The position numbers were made by a program, and so were the translations under genes. DNA of 63,612 nucleotides, the filler included. It is 6 parts of 6 records of this genome, joined end to end, with 100 filler letters (N's around TTAATTAATTAA, not from the genome) between each part and the next. Parts side by side here need not be neighbours in the genome. Positions count along the whole stretch, not along the records: positions 19,912 to 32,927 come from SRR31156797_52368; 5 more parts are not named here. One strand, given 5' to 3'. Numbering within the stretch: the first letter of the stretch is position 1; each line of letters opens with the position of its first letter. Below the pieces are notes generated by a model, which saw only the letters and a list, made by a program, of their open reading frames with translations, had not been told where the DNA came from and searched no databases. Of this stretch, positions 20,478-30,521 are shown one piece after another.

Positions 20478-20625
20478 CTTTTTGGTCCTGAGCTCTTCTC
20501 CCCCATATGAAATGGAAAAGCGGCGTATCATCCGTTCCCGTCATCGCCACTGACTCCATTTCTTTTAATTTAATCAATGAAAGAAACGGATATTAAATTA
20601 TGCTCCTGGCTTTTTCAAGCTCTAC

Positions 20626-23600
20626 TTAAAAATATTCCGCCTCGGGATGGAAACAGACCAATGCGGAGGTGGTGCTCAGGGGCAGGAACCCATGGGCCTC
20701 GGTCATGGTGATGCCAAGCTCGTCCGCTTTCAGCAGATCATGGATTACCCTATTGTTTTCCAGTTTCAGTCCCGGATAACCGGGGCTGAATCTTTTTCCG
20801 GACGTATCATCCGATCCGGCGCTTGTTTTAAGTTCATGGTGGAGCATTCCGGCAAAGTCCTCCGCCACCCTGTTGGCCAGGCCGTATAACAGATGGGCGG
20901 ACTCAGAGTCTCCGTTTTCCCGGAACATCTCCACCGCTTCTCCCGAACCCGTCCCTGCGGTGGCGATCTGAAACCCCACAATGTCCTTTTTCCCGGACGC
21001 CTTTGGCAGAAAATATCGGGCGACACTTGCCGGTTTCCGGGTGTCATTGTTCCCCGGCGCTTCAAAATCCAGCCTGGCAATCTCTTTTTCTTCGTCCGAA
21101 GGATCGTATATGACCAGGGAATCACCGTCACGGTTACATCTGAAAAGCCCGATTCGTCCCTTGGGTTCGACCCAGCCGTTCCTGTCCGCTTCATGGATCC
21201 AGTGATCCATGAGACGATTCGAGGCGTCTTCCGTTATGCCCTGCCTTTTCCTTGTAACGGCGCTGCCGGCCTTCCAGTTCAGGGATTGAAGGGCGTTTCT
21301 GTTGATCTCGATGTCTGCGACCCTTGGGGTGAAGTCACGGACCGCCACGGGGCATTCCGCCACCGTGTACCGGCTGAAATCCACCTTTTTACGGGCAGGC
21401 TTTTTTGAACTGCCGTTCCTCGCCTTTTCCTGGGCCTCAAGATATGTCTTTTTAAGCAACGCGCCGTTATGGTCTATATATTCAGCCCGTTTTTCGGAAA
21501 AAAAATTTTCAAGCACATTGATGCACCCCATGGCGGAGGCGCAATAGAAGACATCTTTTTTCATTTCACCGGGCGCTTTTCCGCCTGCGTGGGCGACATG
21601 GGCGGCATGCCTCAGGTTTACCGGAGCACCCCCGATGAGGATGGGGATCTCCAGTCCCTCTTTTGCCATCATTTCGGCAACCGTAATCATATGGTTTGCC
21701 GTCTGCACCAGGAGGGAACTCATGCCGACGGCGTCCGCCTTTTCCCGTTTGGCGGTTTCGATAAACGTCTCCAGGGGCACCTGGACACCCAGGTCGATCA
21801 CCCTGTACCCGTAATTTTCAAGCAGGGTCCTGGTGAGATCCTTGCCAATACTGTGAACGTCCTGGTGAACGGTTCCAAGGACGATGGTTGCCCTGTGATG
21901 CTTCATGCCGTCGCTTGAACGGTTCATGACGGCTTCAATGAATTCCATCACCTGCTTCATCACATCCGCCGACTTTAACAGGTGGGGCAAAGAAACTTCT
22001 CCGGCGGCGAATTTATCCCCGAGGGCCTCCATGGCCGTCATCAAATAGCGATTGATAAATGTGAGGGGATCAATTGCCCCAAGGGCCTTTGAAGCGTCTA
22101 GGACAATGGTGTCGCTATACGTGTAGGTTTTATCATTAAAAACAAGTTCCCCCCGCTGCTTGTTTTTAATGCCGTCTTTTATTTTTTCGCACACGGCGTC
22201 GGCAGGCGCCAGGTCATCATATCGCTTTTTCGCAACCACCCTTTTGCCCTGCTTCAGCCGGGCGGTCTCTTCAAGGGCGGCATAGGCGTCCATGTCCCTG
22301 TTGAGGATGACCGCCAGGGCAAGCCCGTAATCCTTTTCGTCAATGCTTGACACGGGCACATAGTGATTGGGATTGACAATGGCGGCATCAAGCCCCCTCT
22401 TCCTTGCTTCATCCAGGAACACAGACGTTAAAACCATTCTCATGTAGGGCTTTTTTGCAAGGCCGTTGGTAAGATTGCTGACCCCGATGGTTGTCTTAAG
22501 GCCCTTGCCGAGTTTTTTTATTTCCGGGATGGATTCAAGTGATTCCAGGGCGAAGTTCAGTGAATCCGAAGATTCCGAACCAATGGGAAACGCATTGATA
22601 TCGATCAGGAGCTGGGCCGGCGGAATATTAAATCGTCCGCATGTGTCCACAAGCTGTTCCGCGATCCTGATTTTCTCTTCCCTTATCTGGGCAGGCCCCT
22701 TGTCATCCGCCGCAAGCCCGATATATGCGGGGGAATGAAAGGCGGTAAGTTCAAGGATCTTCTCGGCCTTGCTCTTTCCCTGGGAGTCGTTCTCCATGGA
22801 GATGGAATTGATCAAAGGCCTGCCCGGATAGACCTTGACCGCATCCCCAAGGGCCTGGGGATCAAAGGAGTCCAGGCACAACACCCCCTTGAAATCGGTG
22901 GTCACGGACTTGATGACCTCCCCCAGGATTTTCCTCGTGTCAACAACGGCGGAATCCATGCAGATATCGATCACGGACGTCCCCAGATCCTCCAACTGCT
23001 CCCGGACGACCTCTTCAAGGCCGTTGAAATTGATGCCGGTGCCGGACTCCACCGCCTCCCTGACCTTTTTGGAACCGCGCACATTAAGCCTTTCCCCGAT
23101 CCGGATGAGCTCTTTTCCCCCATCGATTTCAACGGCGTTCTGGGGGCCGGAAAGAAACAGTCTTACATTTTTTCCGCGAGGTTCAGGTTTAATGTCTTTG
23201 ACACCGGCCCGTATTTGCCGGATATGCTCCGGGGTGGTTCCGCAGCAGCCTCCCACGATATTCACCCCGTATTTTTCCACAAAGGCGCCCAGGTACCGGG
23301 CAAGTTCTTCGGGGGTGAGCCTGTAAACAGTGCGGCCGTCCTCCGAATCCGGAAGTCCCGCGTTGGGAAGCACGGAGATGGGGAGATCGGAAAACCCGGA
23401 CAGTTTTCTAATACTCGGCTCCATGAGATCAGGGCCCAGGGAGCAATTTATGCCAAAAGCGTCAATGCCGATATCCTTCACCGTTGTCAGGGCGGCGGTA
23501 ATATCGGTATTGAAGATCTGCATCCTGGTGAATTCATCCACGGTCACCTGGACCATGACGGGCAGTTTTGTCCCGGCGGCTTCCATGGCCCTTTTCGCCC

Positions 23601-24228
23601 CGGCAACGGCCGCCTTGACCTCGAGGATATCCTGCTGGGTCTCAAAAAGGATGATGTCCGCACCGCCCTCGATCAACCCCGTAACCTGTTTGAAGAAATT
23701 ATCTTCCACCTGGTCCCAGGTGCCTTTTTTGAGATCCGCTTCCGTGGAGGAAAGCACATAATTGGACGGCCCCAAGGACCCCGCCACAAACAGCTCCCTG
23801 CCGTCATATTCGGAAGTGTTTTTATACGCCTCGATGGCGGCCCTGGCTACCTTGCACGAGGCAATATTCAAATGACAGGCGATTTCGTCATAAGAGGCGG
23901 TTCGAATATCGAAACCGGCGGCATCCTCCTTTAAAAAATCCGGATCAATCCGTGAAAAATCATATTCCATGAGTCTCAGGGCCGAGGCACCGAAGGTATT
24001 GGTTTCAATACAGTCCGCTCCGGCTTTCAAGTATTCCATGTGGACATTATTCAGGGCTTCGGGTCTTGAAATGGACAGGATGTCACTCAGCATTTCAAAT
24101 TCCGGCCCCCCGAAATCCTTCGAAGACAGACCCAGCTTCTGGAGCATTGTTCCCATTGCTCCGTCAAAAATGATTACTCGTTCCTTCAGTACGTTCTTAA
24201 ACCGCTCATATTTTTCCATGAAACCCAT
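20626..24228 (-). CDS. metH: Cobalamin-dependent methionine synthase
   Basis: DGAMGT, INCSLGP, GGCCGTTPEH; pterin domain IGERLN; cap LPHLLKSA; B12 motif DVHSIG; activation domain RFSPGYP. Confidence 0.93.
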   Translation of the reverse strand: MGFMEKYERFKNVLKERVIIFDGAMGTMLQKLGLSSKDFGGPEFEMLSDILSISRPEALNNVHMEYLKAGADCIETNTFGASALRLMEYDFSRIDPDFLKEDAAGFDIRTASYDEIACHLNIASCKVARAAIEAYKNTSEYDGRELFVAGSLGPSNYVLSSTEADLKKGTWDQVEDNFFKQVTGLIEGGADIILFETQQDILEVKAAVAGAKRAMEAAGTKLPVMVQVTVDEFTRMQIFNTDITAALTTVKDIGIDAFGINCSLGPDLMEPSIRKLSGFSDLPISVLPNAGLPDSEDGRTVYRLTPEELARYLGAFVEKYGVNIVGGCCGTTPEHIRQIRAGVKDIKPEPRGKNVRLFLSGPQNAVEIDGGKELIRIGERLNVRGSKKVREAVESGTGINFNGLEEVVREQLEDLGTSVIDICMDSAVVDTRKILGEVIKSVTTDFKGVLCLDSFDPQALGDAVKVYPGRPLINSISMENDSQGKSKAEKILELTAFHSPAYIGLAADDKGPAQIREEKIRIAEQLVDTCGRFNIPPAQLLIDINAFPIGSESSDSLNFALESLESIPEIKKLGKGLKTTIGVSNLTNGLAKKPYMRMVLTSVFLDEARKRGLDAAIVNPNHYVPVSSIDEKDYGLALAVILNRDMDAYAALEETARLKQGKRVVAKKRYDDLAPADAVCEKIKDGIKNKQRGELVFNDKTYTYSDTIVLDASKALGAIDPLTFINRYLMTAMEALGDKFAAGEVSLPHLLKSADVMKQVMEFIEAVMNRSSDGMKHHRATIVLGTVHQDVHSIGKDLTRTLLENYGYRVIDLGVQVPLETFIETAKREKADAVGMSSLLVQTANHMITVAEMMAKEGLEIPILIGGAPVNLRHAAHVAHAGGKAPGEMKKDVFYCASAMGCINVLENFFSEKRAEYIDHNGALLKKTYLEAQEKARNGSSKKPARKKVDFSRYTVAECPVAVRDFTPRVADIEINRNALQSLNWKAGSAVTRKRQGITEDASNRLMDHWIHEADRNGWVEPKGRIGLFRCNRDGDSLVIYDPSDEEKEIARLDFEAPGNNDTRKPASVARYFLPKASGKKDIVGFQIATAGTGSGEAVEMFRENGDSESAHLLYGLANRVAEDFAGMLHHELKTSAGSDDTSGKRFSPGYPGLKLENNRVIHDLLKADELGITMTEAHGFLPLSTTSALVCFHPEAEYF

Positions 24229-24281
24229 TACTCCATTTACCGCACCTGGAATCGGCGAATCCGGCCGGATCGCGTTTTTGC

Positions 24282-25238
24282 TTAAGACTTAATATTCCCA
24301 GGCCCTGTTTTTCTATCCCTGATTTTTACTTTTACCCCGCAGGCGAGAATCACCTTGAACAGATCTTTTTCTCCGCTTCCCATCACTTCCGAATGGGCTA
24401 CTTCAAACCCGGCCTGCCTGATAATCTTTTTCAGGCAGGAAGGCTTGAATCCCGGATGCCTGTGCCCGAGCTTGTCCATTACCCAGGTTTCCCCGTGCTC
24501 CACAAGCTCCATGATAATGACCCTGCCGCCGTCTTTTAGAACCCTTGCGGCGACTTCAAGCCCCATCACCGGATTTTCAAGGTGGTGAAGTGTCTGGGAA
24601 AGAAAGACAATATCAATGGAATCCGGAGCGATGGAAATCTCCTCGAGATTTTCCTCAAGCAGGATAACGTTATTGACCCCGGCCCGGGCGATCATTTTCC
24701 TTGTCTGGGCGACACACTTGCTGTTGTTGTCGATACTGACAACGGATTTGGCGAACCGCGCCATTTCAAGGCTCAAAACACCGTCCCCGCATCCGAAATC
24801 CGCGACATCAAGACCGGGTAACAGAAGCGCAAGGGTCCTTGACCACACCTGCCATGACTGGCCGGGCTCCAGCAGCCTTTCATTCAAGCCCCTTGTGCCG
24901 GCCTCCCTTTTCTTGATCACTTCCATGAGTTTGAGATGATCGGCATGGTCATTATCGGTAATGTCGATCCTTGAATCAAGGTAGGCATTGAAGGCCCTGA
25001 TCTCCTCATCCCCCTCGTTTTGATTCATGGGGTAATAGTAGTTCCACATGCCCTCCCGCTGTTCTTTTATGAGCCCGGCTTTTTTCAGATGCCCCAGGTG
25101 CCTTGAGATGCCGGACTGGGCAAACCCCAGGATCTCCGTAAGCTCACTGACGTTGAGGGGATATTTTTTTATGAGCCGGATGATTCTGAGCCTTGTCTCA
25201 TCCCCGGCGGTCTTTAAAAGTTCGGCAAACCGTTGCAT
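24282..25238 (-). CDS. ArsR-HTH plus SAM-methyltransferase-fold regulator (SahR-like)
   Basis: ArsR DETRLRI...QSGISRHL..L..AGL; DFGCGDG; upstream of metH; ATG 25238 after GAGGAG. Confidence 0.85.
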   Translation of the reverse strand: MQRFAELLKTAGDETRLRIIRLIKKYPLNVSELTEILGFAQSGISRHLGHLKKAGLIKEQREGMWNYYYPMNQNEGDEEIRAFNAYLDSRIDITDNDHADHLKLMEVIKKREAGTRGLNERLLEPGQSWQVWSRTLALLLPGLDVADFGCGDGVLSLEMARFAKSVVSIDNNSKCVAQTRKMIARAGVNNVILLEENLEEISIAPDSIDIVFLSQTLHHLENPVMGLEVAARVLKDGGRVIIMELVEHGETWVMDKLGHRHPGFKPSCLKKIIRQAGFEVAHSEVMGSGEKDLFKVILACGVKVKIRDRKTGPGNIKS

Positions 25239-25286
25239 TGCGCTCCTCTGTTCCTTGAAAATCCTTACCACAACACCCAAATCACA

Positions 25287-25322
25287 AGATCAACATATAG
25301 TGATTTGATTCGTTTTTGTCAA
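25287..25322 (-). promoter_or_regulatory. Sigma70-type promoter of the regulator-metH operon with overlapping palindromic operator
   Basis: Minus strand TTGACA(25322-25317)-17 nt-TATATG; ATCAA-catata-GTGAT at 25289-25304 overlaps the -10. Confidence 0.65.
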
Positions 25323-25365
25323 GCGCCATTCCCCGGGCACCTGCCGGGGAAGTGCGCCCAAGTGG

Positions 25366-25394
25366 TTGACAGGCCCAATGAACGCCTGTACTAT
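25366..25394 (+). promoter_or_regulatory. Sigma70 promoter for the DUF362 operon
   Basis: TTGACA-17 nt-TACTAT. Confidence 0.7.
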
Positions 25395-25427
25395 TCAGAA
25401 AATAGAATCCGGATTCAAGGAGGCACC

Positions 25428-26363
25428 ATGGACCCCCGAGACACCCGAAGAACATTCCTGAAAAAGAGTCTTACCTATTCAACCGTTGCCGCCGGCACCC
25501 TCATGTTCCACGGCATCGACGTCCTTTGGGGACAGGTCAGTCCCGAAACCCCGCCCGATCTTGTGGCCGTGAAGAATGGCGAACCGGGTGCCATGTTTGA
25601 CGCCGCCATTGCCCGGGCAGGGGGCATGGGCCGCTTTGTCCGACGGGGCCAGACCGTTGTGATCAAGCCGAACATCGGCTGGAACCGCCCCCCCGAAACC
25701 GGCGCCAACACCCATCCGGAACTTGTGGAGCGCATTGTTGCCCACAGTCTCGACGCAGGGGCGAAAAAGGTGTATGTGTTTGACCATTCCGTGGACAAGG
25801 GCGAAAAATGCTATAAGAAAAGCGGCATCGCATCTGCCGTGAAATCCGCCGGGGGCATCATGGTGCCGGGAGACCATAAAAAATATTTCCAGAAAGTCGA
25901 CATTCCCCAGGGCGAAAAACTCACCTCCACCCGGGTGCATGAGCTGATCCTGGAGTCGGATGTCTATATCAATGTGCCGGTGCTCAAGCATCACTCCTCA
26001 TCAGGGCTGACCCTTGCCATGAAGAACCAGATGGGCGTGGTCTGGAACAGGGGGTATTACCATTTAAAGGGGCTGCACCGCTGCATCGCGGATTTCTGCC
26101 ATGTGAGAAAACCGGATCTCAATGTCATGGACGCCTACCGGATCACCCTGCGCAACGGCCCGAGCCGGGCCGGCAAAGATGATGTGGTGATCCGCAAGAC
26201 TTTGCTGCTCTCCAGCGACATCGTTGCCCTTGACGCGGCCGCGGCCCGGATCTTCGGTAAAAATCCCGAAGAGATCAACCACATCCTGTATGGCCACCAG
26301 GCCGGTATCGGCACCATGGACCTTTCAAGTCTCAACATCCGGAAGATCAATCTGGCCGGATGA
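25428..26363 (+). CDS. Tat-exported DUF362-family protein
   Basis: AAGGAGG SD; TRRTFLK Tat motif; VVIKPNIGW, NVPVLKHH, LAMKNQMG, DIVALD. Confidence 0.85.
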   Translation: MDPRDTRRTFLKKSLTYSTVAAGTLMFHGIDVLWGQVSPETPPDLVAVKNGEPGAMFDAAIARAGGMGRFVRRGQTVVIKPNIGWNRPPETGANTHPELVERIVAHSLDAGAKKVYVFDHSVDKGEKCYKKSGIASAVKSAGGIMVPGDHKKYFQKVDIPQGEKLTSTRVHELILESDVYINVPVLKHHSSSGLTLAMKNQMGVVWNRGYYHLKGLHRCIADFCHVRKPDLNVMDAYRITLRNGPSRAGKDDVVIRKTLLLSSDIVALDAAAARIFGKNPEEINHILYGHQAGIGTMDLSSLNIRKINLAG

Positions 26364-27955
26364 CCGAACGGGTTCGAAAAAAACCGGGGCGTTCGCTGAA
26401 AACCGGGAAAGGCGCCATCCGCGCATTTTTCGCAGCCGGCATGATGCTTGTGTTCACCCTCTATTTCCTGGATATCTTTCCGGCGGCAACCGGGTTCCTG
26501 GGGCAAACCGCGGCCGGGTTTCAATTTTTTCCATCCCTTGCCGGTGCGGTTTCAGGAAGCGCAAAAGCCATCCTGCTCTTTACCCTGCTTCTCCTGCTGT
26601 CCCTGGTGTTTGGCCGGATCTACTGCGCCGTGCTCTGTCCCCTTGGCATTTTCCAGGATATGATGATCTTCCTTTCCCGGCGGTATGGAAAAAGAAAAGG
26701 CATTTTGCCATACCGCCGGAAAACCTACCCCTTTTTATGGTATGCCGTCCTGGTTCTCACGGCCCTGCTCTTTTTCGCTGGATCACTGATTCTCATCAAC
26801 CTTCTGGACCCTTTTTCCATCTTTGGCAGGTTCTGCACCCTTCTGATACGGCCGGTGCTCTCCGGCATCAACAATCTGCTGACCGCCTTTGCCGAGCACT
26901 TTGATCTCTACATCCTTACCCCGGTCACCCCGGGTCCGGTCCAATGGCCCCTGTTCCTGCTCGCCTATGGCTGGTTCATCACGGTAATCGCCATGGCCTT
27001 TTACCACGGCAGGCTCTACTGCAACACCCTCTGCCCGGTGGGCGCTTTTTTCAGCCTTTTTTCAAGGTCGGCCCTGTTCAGGTTCTCCATTGACGAAAAC
27101 CGGTGCACCGCCTGCGGAAAATGCGGCAGGATATGCAGGGCTGGCTGTGTGGACCCGGAGAAAGGAGAAATCGATCTGTCACGATGTGTCGCCTGCTTTG
27201 ACTGCATGGATGTCTGCCCGGAAAAGGCGGTCTATTACAGGGCAACCGCCCTGGCTCCCAGGGGCCTGCCCCGGAATCAAAGAAGAAAGTTCCTCACCGC
27301 CCTTGCCGCAGGGGCCGGTGTCGTGGCCATGGGCCTGCCCCTTAGAACGGCCCTGGGCAGACTCACCCGGGAGCCCCTTCCCCTGCCCCTGCCTGTCACA
27401 CCGCCGGGCTCCCTGGGAATCGAACATTTCTCCCGGCACTGCGTGGCCTGCCTGGCCTGTGTCAGTGTTTGTCCGGAAAAGGTGCTGGTGCCGGGCCTTG
27501 CCGGCCATGGCTTGAACGGCATCATCCAGCCCGGCCTTGATTTTACCCAAAGCCGGTGCGCCTATACCTGCCATGCCTGCACCCAGGTCTGCCCATCCGG
27601 GGCCATTCTCCCCATCTCCCTGGAGAAAAAGCAGAAAACCCGGATCGGACGGGTGGTGTTCCTGGAGAAAAAATGCCTGGTATATACCCATAAAAGGGAC
27701 TGCGGGGCCTGTGCGGAAGTGTGTCCCACCCATGCGGTGCACACGGTAAAGGAAAACAATGTCCACCATCCCCGGCTGAAACCGGACGCCTGCATCGGAT
27801 GCGGGGCCTGCCAGCTGGTCTGCCCGGTAACGCCCAAGGCCATTTATGTGGCGGCTGTCGGGGTTCATGAAACTGCGGGCCCGCCATTTTTCCAAAAGCA
27901 GGACGGCACCTCCCCGGCAAAAATCATGGGACCTGGGGATGACTTTCCCTTTTAA
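26360..27955 (+). CDS. Membrane polyferredoxin (NapH/MauN-like plus NapF/MauM-like 4Fe-4S domains)
   Basis: TM helices with YCAVLCPLG and YCNTLCPVG; repeated CxxCxxCxxxC(P); ATGA overlap with DUF362. Confidence 0.88.
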   Translation: MTERVRKKPGRSLKTGKGAIRAFFAAGMMLVFTLYFLDIFPAATGFLGQTAAGFQFFPSLAGAVSGSAKAILLFTLLLLLSLVFGRIYCAVLCPLGIFQDMMIFLSRRYGKRKGILPYRRKTYPFLWYAVLVLTALLFFAGSLILINLLDPFSIFGRFCTLLIRPVLSGINNLLTAFAEHFDLYILTPVTPGPVQWPLFLLAYGWFITVIAMAFYHGRLYCNTLCPVGAFFSLFSRSALFRFSIDENRCTACGKCGRICRAGCVDPEKGEIDLSRCVACFDCMDVCPEKAVYYRATALAPRGLPRNQRRKFLTALAAGAGVVAMGLPLRTALGRLTREPLPLPLPVTPPGSLGIEHFSRHCVACLACVSVCPEKVLVPGLAGHGLNGIIQPGLDFTQSRCAYTCHACTQVCPSGAILPISLEKKQKTRIGRVVFLEKKCLVYTHKRDCGACAEVCPTHAVHTVKENNVHHPRLKPDACIGCGACQLVCPVTPKAIYVAAVGVHETAGPPFFQKQDGTSPAKIMGPGDDFPF

Positions 27956-28285
27956 AAAGCCTCAACAGCTTTCCACGCCCCGGGCATTTCCGAAAAAATA
28001 GTTATTGAACGGGCCGGGGAAATATTTTAGTATAACCCATTGCTCTCATCCTGGAACAATAGAATTTCACATCGCCGGAGGATAATCTCAACGGACGATT
28101 ACCTTGCTCCCCCAATGCAGGTCCGAATGTCCGTCGCCCTGCCCTCTTCCAGGAGACCAAACCGATCTGCGAAAACCTGTCGCGGCGCCACCGGTCCGTG
28201 ATTATCAGTTTTTAGACAACAGCATTCAAACAAAAAACCGCACCCCCTGAAAACACGCCGGGGCAACGGTTGCAAAGGAGGCAAA

Positions 28286-30487
28286 ATGCCGGAAATGCCG
28301 GAAACAAAAAACCCCTTTTCCATGTTTGACCCGTTTTCCATGGCCGAATATATGGTGGATGCCGCCCAGCGGTCGGTGCTGTTCTGGGACGTGCAGAACC
28401 AGCGGGGCAACCAGTACCTGGAGCACATGTCCCGGACCGCGCCCCACGTCCTCACCTTTGAACACGAACTGATCATGGACGGCCGGACCCTGGCCGAACC
28501 CGTCAACTACGGCCTCGTGAGGATCGTTCCCCCCGAGGGGATAAAGATTGAAGAACACAGGCGCCCCTTTGTTGTTATCGATCCCCGGGCGGGCCACGGA
28601 CCGGGCATCGGCGGTTTCAAGGCCGACAGCGAGATCGGCATGGCCCTGAAAGAAGGGCATCCCTGCTATTTTGTGGGGTTTCTGCCCGATCCCGAGCCGG
28701 GACAGACCATTGAAACCATCATGCGGGCGGAGGCACAGTTCCTGGAACAGGTCATCTCACTGCATCCCGAGGCGGAAGAGAAACCCGTGATCATCGGCAA
28801 CTGCCAGGCGGGATGGGCCGTCATGCTCCTGGCCGCGACACGGCCCGAACTCTGCGGCCCCATCATCGTGGCCGGTTCTCCCCTCTCCTACTGGGCCGGA
28901 GAACGGGGCGAAAACCCCATGCGCTACTCCGGGGGACTTCTGGGGGGCAGCTGGATGACGGCCCTTGCCTCGGACCTGGGCAACGGGAAATTCGACGGGG
29001 CCAGCCTGGTCCAGAACATGGAGGGACTCAACCCGGCCAACACCCTTTGGGACAAGCAGTACAACCTCTATGCCAATATCGACACGGAAGCGCCACGTTA
29101 CCTGGGCTTTGAACGCTGGTGGGGAGGACACGTTCTCCTTAACGGCGAGGAGATGCAGTATATCGTGGACAACCTGTTCGTGGGCAACCACCTTGCCCCG
29201 GCCGAGATAACCACCGACGACGGCATCCGGGTGGACTTCCGGAAGATCCGCTCCCCCATCGTCTGCTTCTGCTCCAAAGGCGACAACATCACACCGCCCC
29301 AGCAGGCCCTCGGCTGGATCCTCGATCTCTACGGCAGTGTCGACGACATCCGCGCCGCCGGCCAGACAATCGTCTATGCCGTCCACGACCGCATCGGCCA
29401 CCTGGGAATTTTCGTGTCCGGCGGTGTTGCCAAAAAGGAGCACCAGGAGTTCACCCAGAACATCGACTTCATCGACTGCCTTCCGCCGGGCCTTTACGAG
29501 GCGATCATTGAGGATGTCACCGACGAAACCGTCCATCCGGAACTGGTGGGGGCAGGCCATATCTCCCGTTTTGCCGCCCGGACCCTTGACGATATCCGGG
29601 AGCTGGGCGGCAACGACATTGACGAGGAGCGCTGTTTTGAGGCCGTGTCCCGCATGTCCGATCTCGCCCTGGACCTCTACCGTTCCACGGCCCAACCCCT
29701 GGTCAGGTCCCTGGTGACCGAGGAGAGCGCCGAGTGGATGCGAAGGATGCACCCCAACCGCCTGAGCTACGAGCTGGTCTCCGACAATAACCCGGCCATG
29801 GCCCCCGTCAAGGCGGCCGCGGAGGTGGTGCGGGAATACCGCCGGCCCGCGGATCCGGATAACATCTTTCTCCAGTGGGAGAAAGTCTTCGCCACCGGGA
29901 TAACCAACAGCCTGAACATCTTCCGGGACTTCCGGGACATGATGGTGGAACACATGTTTTTCGGCATTTTCGATCAGCCGTGGCTCCAGGCCTGGCTGGG
30001 TCTTCCCCCCGCCGGCGAGCCCCCCCGGACAAGACCGGACCAGGACCCCGACCACAAGGCCTTTGTAAAACGCAGGATCTCCGAGCTTCTGGGTGCCCTG
30101 GAACAGGGCGGCCTGCGCGAGGCGGCCATCCGGGGACTCCTGTATGTACGCATGGCCGAAGGCGTCTCCGACGAGCGGGGGTTTGAAATGCTTCAGAGAA
30201 TCCGGCAGGAGCGGGGCGCGGACATCTCCCTGGGCCAATTCAAGATGCTGGTCCGGGAGCAGTTCTTCATGCTCCTTCTGGATGAAAAAGGGGCGATCGA
30301 TGCCATACCAGCCCTCCTGAAGGGCCATGAAAAGGAGGCCCCCAAATGGCTGGAAGATATCCGAAAGATCGCCACGGCAGCCGGGCCCCTGGGCAAAACC
30401 GGGCAAAAACGGATGGCGGCCATGGAGAAAATATTCGCCCCTAAAGAACCGAAATCCAAGGGTAAAAAAGCATCCAAATCCAAATAG
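28286..30487 (+). CDS. DUF3141-family alpha/beta hydrolase, PHA synthase-like
   Basis: DPRAGHGPGIGGFK; lipase-box GNCQAG; KGDNITPP; GHLGIF; AAGGAGG SD. Confidence 0.85.
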   Translation: MPEMPETKNPFSMFDPFSMAEYMVDAAQRSVLFWDVQNQRGNQYLEHMSRTAPHVLTFEHELIMDGRTLAEPVNYGLVRIVPPEGIKIEEHRRPFVVIDPRAGHGPGIGGFKADSEIGMALKEGHPCYFVGFLPDPEPGQTIETIMRAEAQFLEQVISLHPEAEEKPVIIGNCQAGWAVMLLAATRPELCGPIIVAGSPLSYWAGERGENPMRYSGGLLGGSWMTALASDLGNGKFDGASLVQNMEGLNPANTLWDKQYNLYANIDTEAPRYLGFERWWGGHVLLNGEEMQYIVDNLFVGNHLAPAEITTDDGIRVDFRKIRSPIVCFCSKGDNITPPQQALGWILDLYGSVDDIRAAGQTIVYAVHDRIGHLGIFVSGGVAKKEHQEFTQNIDFIDCLPPGLYEAIIEDVTDETVHPELVGAGHISRFAARTLDDIRELGGNDIDEERCFEAVSRMSDLALDLYRSTAQPLVRSLVTEESAEWMRRMHPNRLSYELVSDNNPAMAPVKAAAEVVREYRRPADPDNIFLQWEKVFATGITNSLNIFRDFRDMMVEHMFFGIFDQPWLQAWLGLPPAGEPPRTRPDQDPDHKAFVKRRISELLGALEQGGLREAAIRGLLYVRMAEGVSDERGFEMLQRIRQERGADISLGQFKMLVREQFFMLLLDEKGAIDAIPALLKGHEKEAPKWLEDIRKIATAAGPLGKTGQKRMAAMEKIFAPKEPKSKGKKASKSK

Positions 30488-30521
30488 AAGCGTCACCGGG
30501 CCCCCAAAGAGGAGACACCCA

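Noticed and set aside
22735-23934. 399-aa plus-strand ORF
   Set aside because: Antisense to metH.
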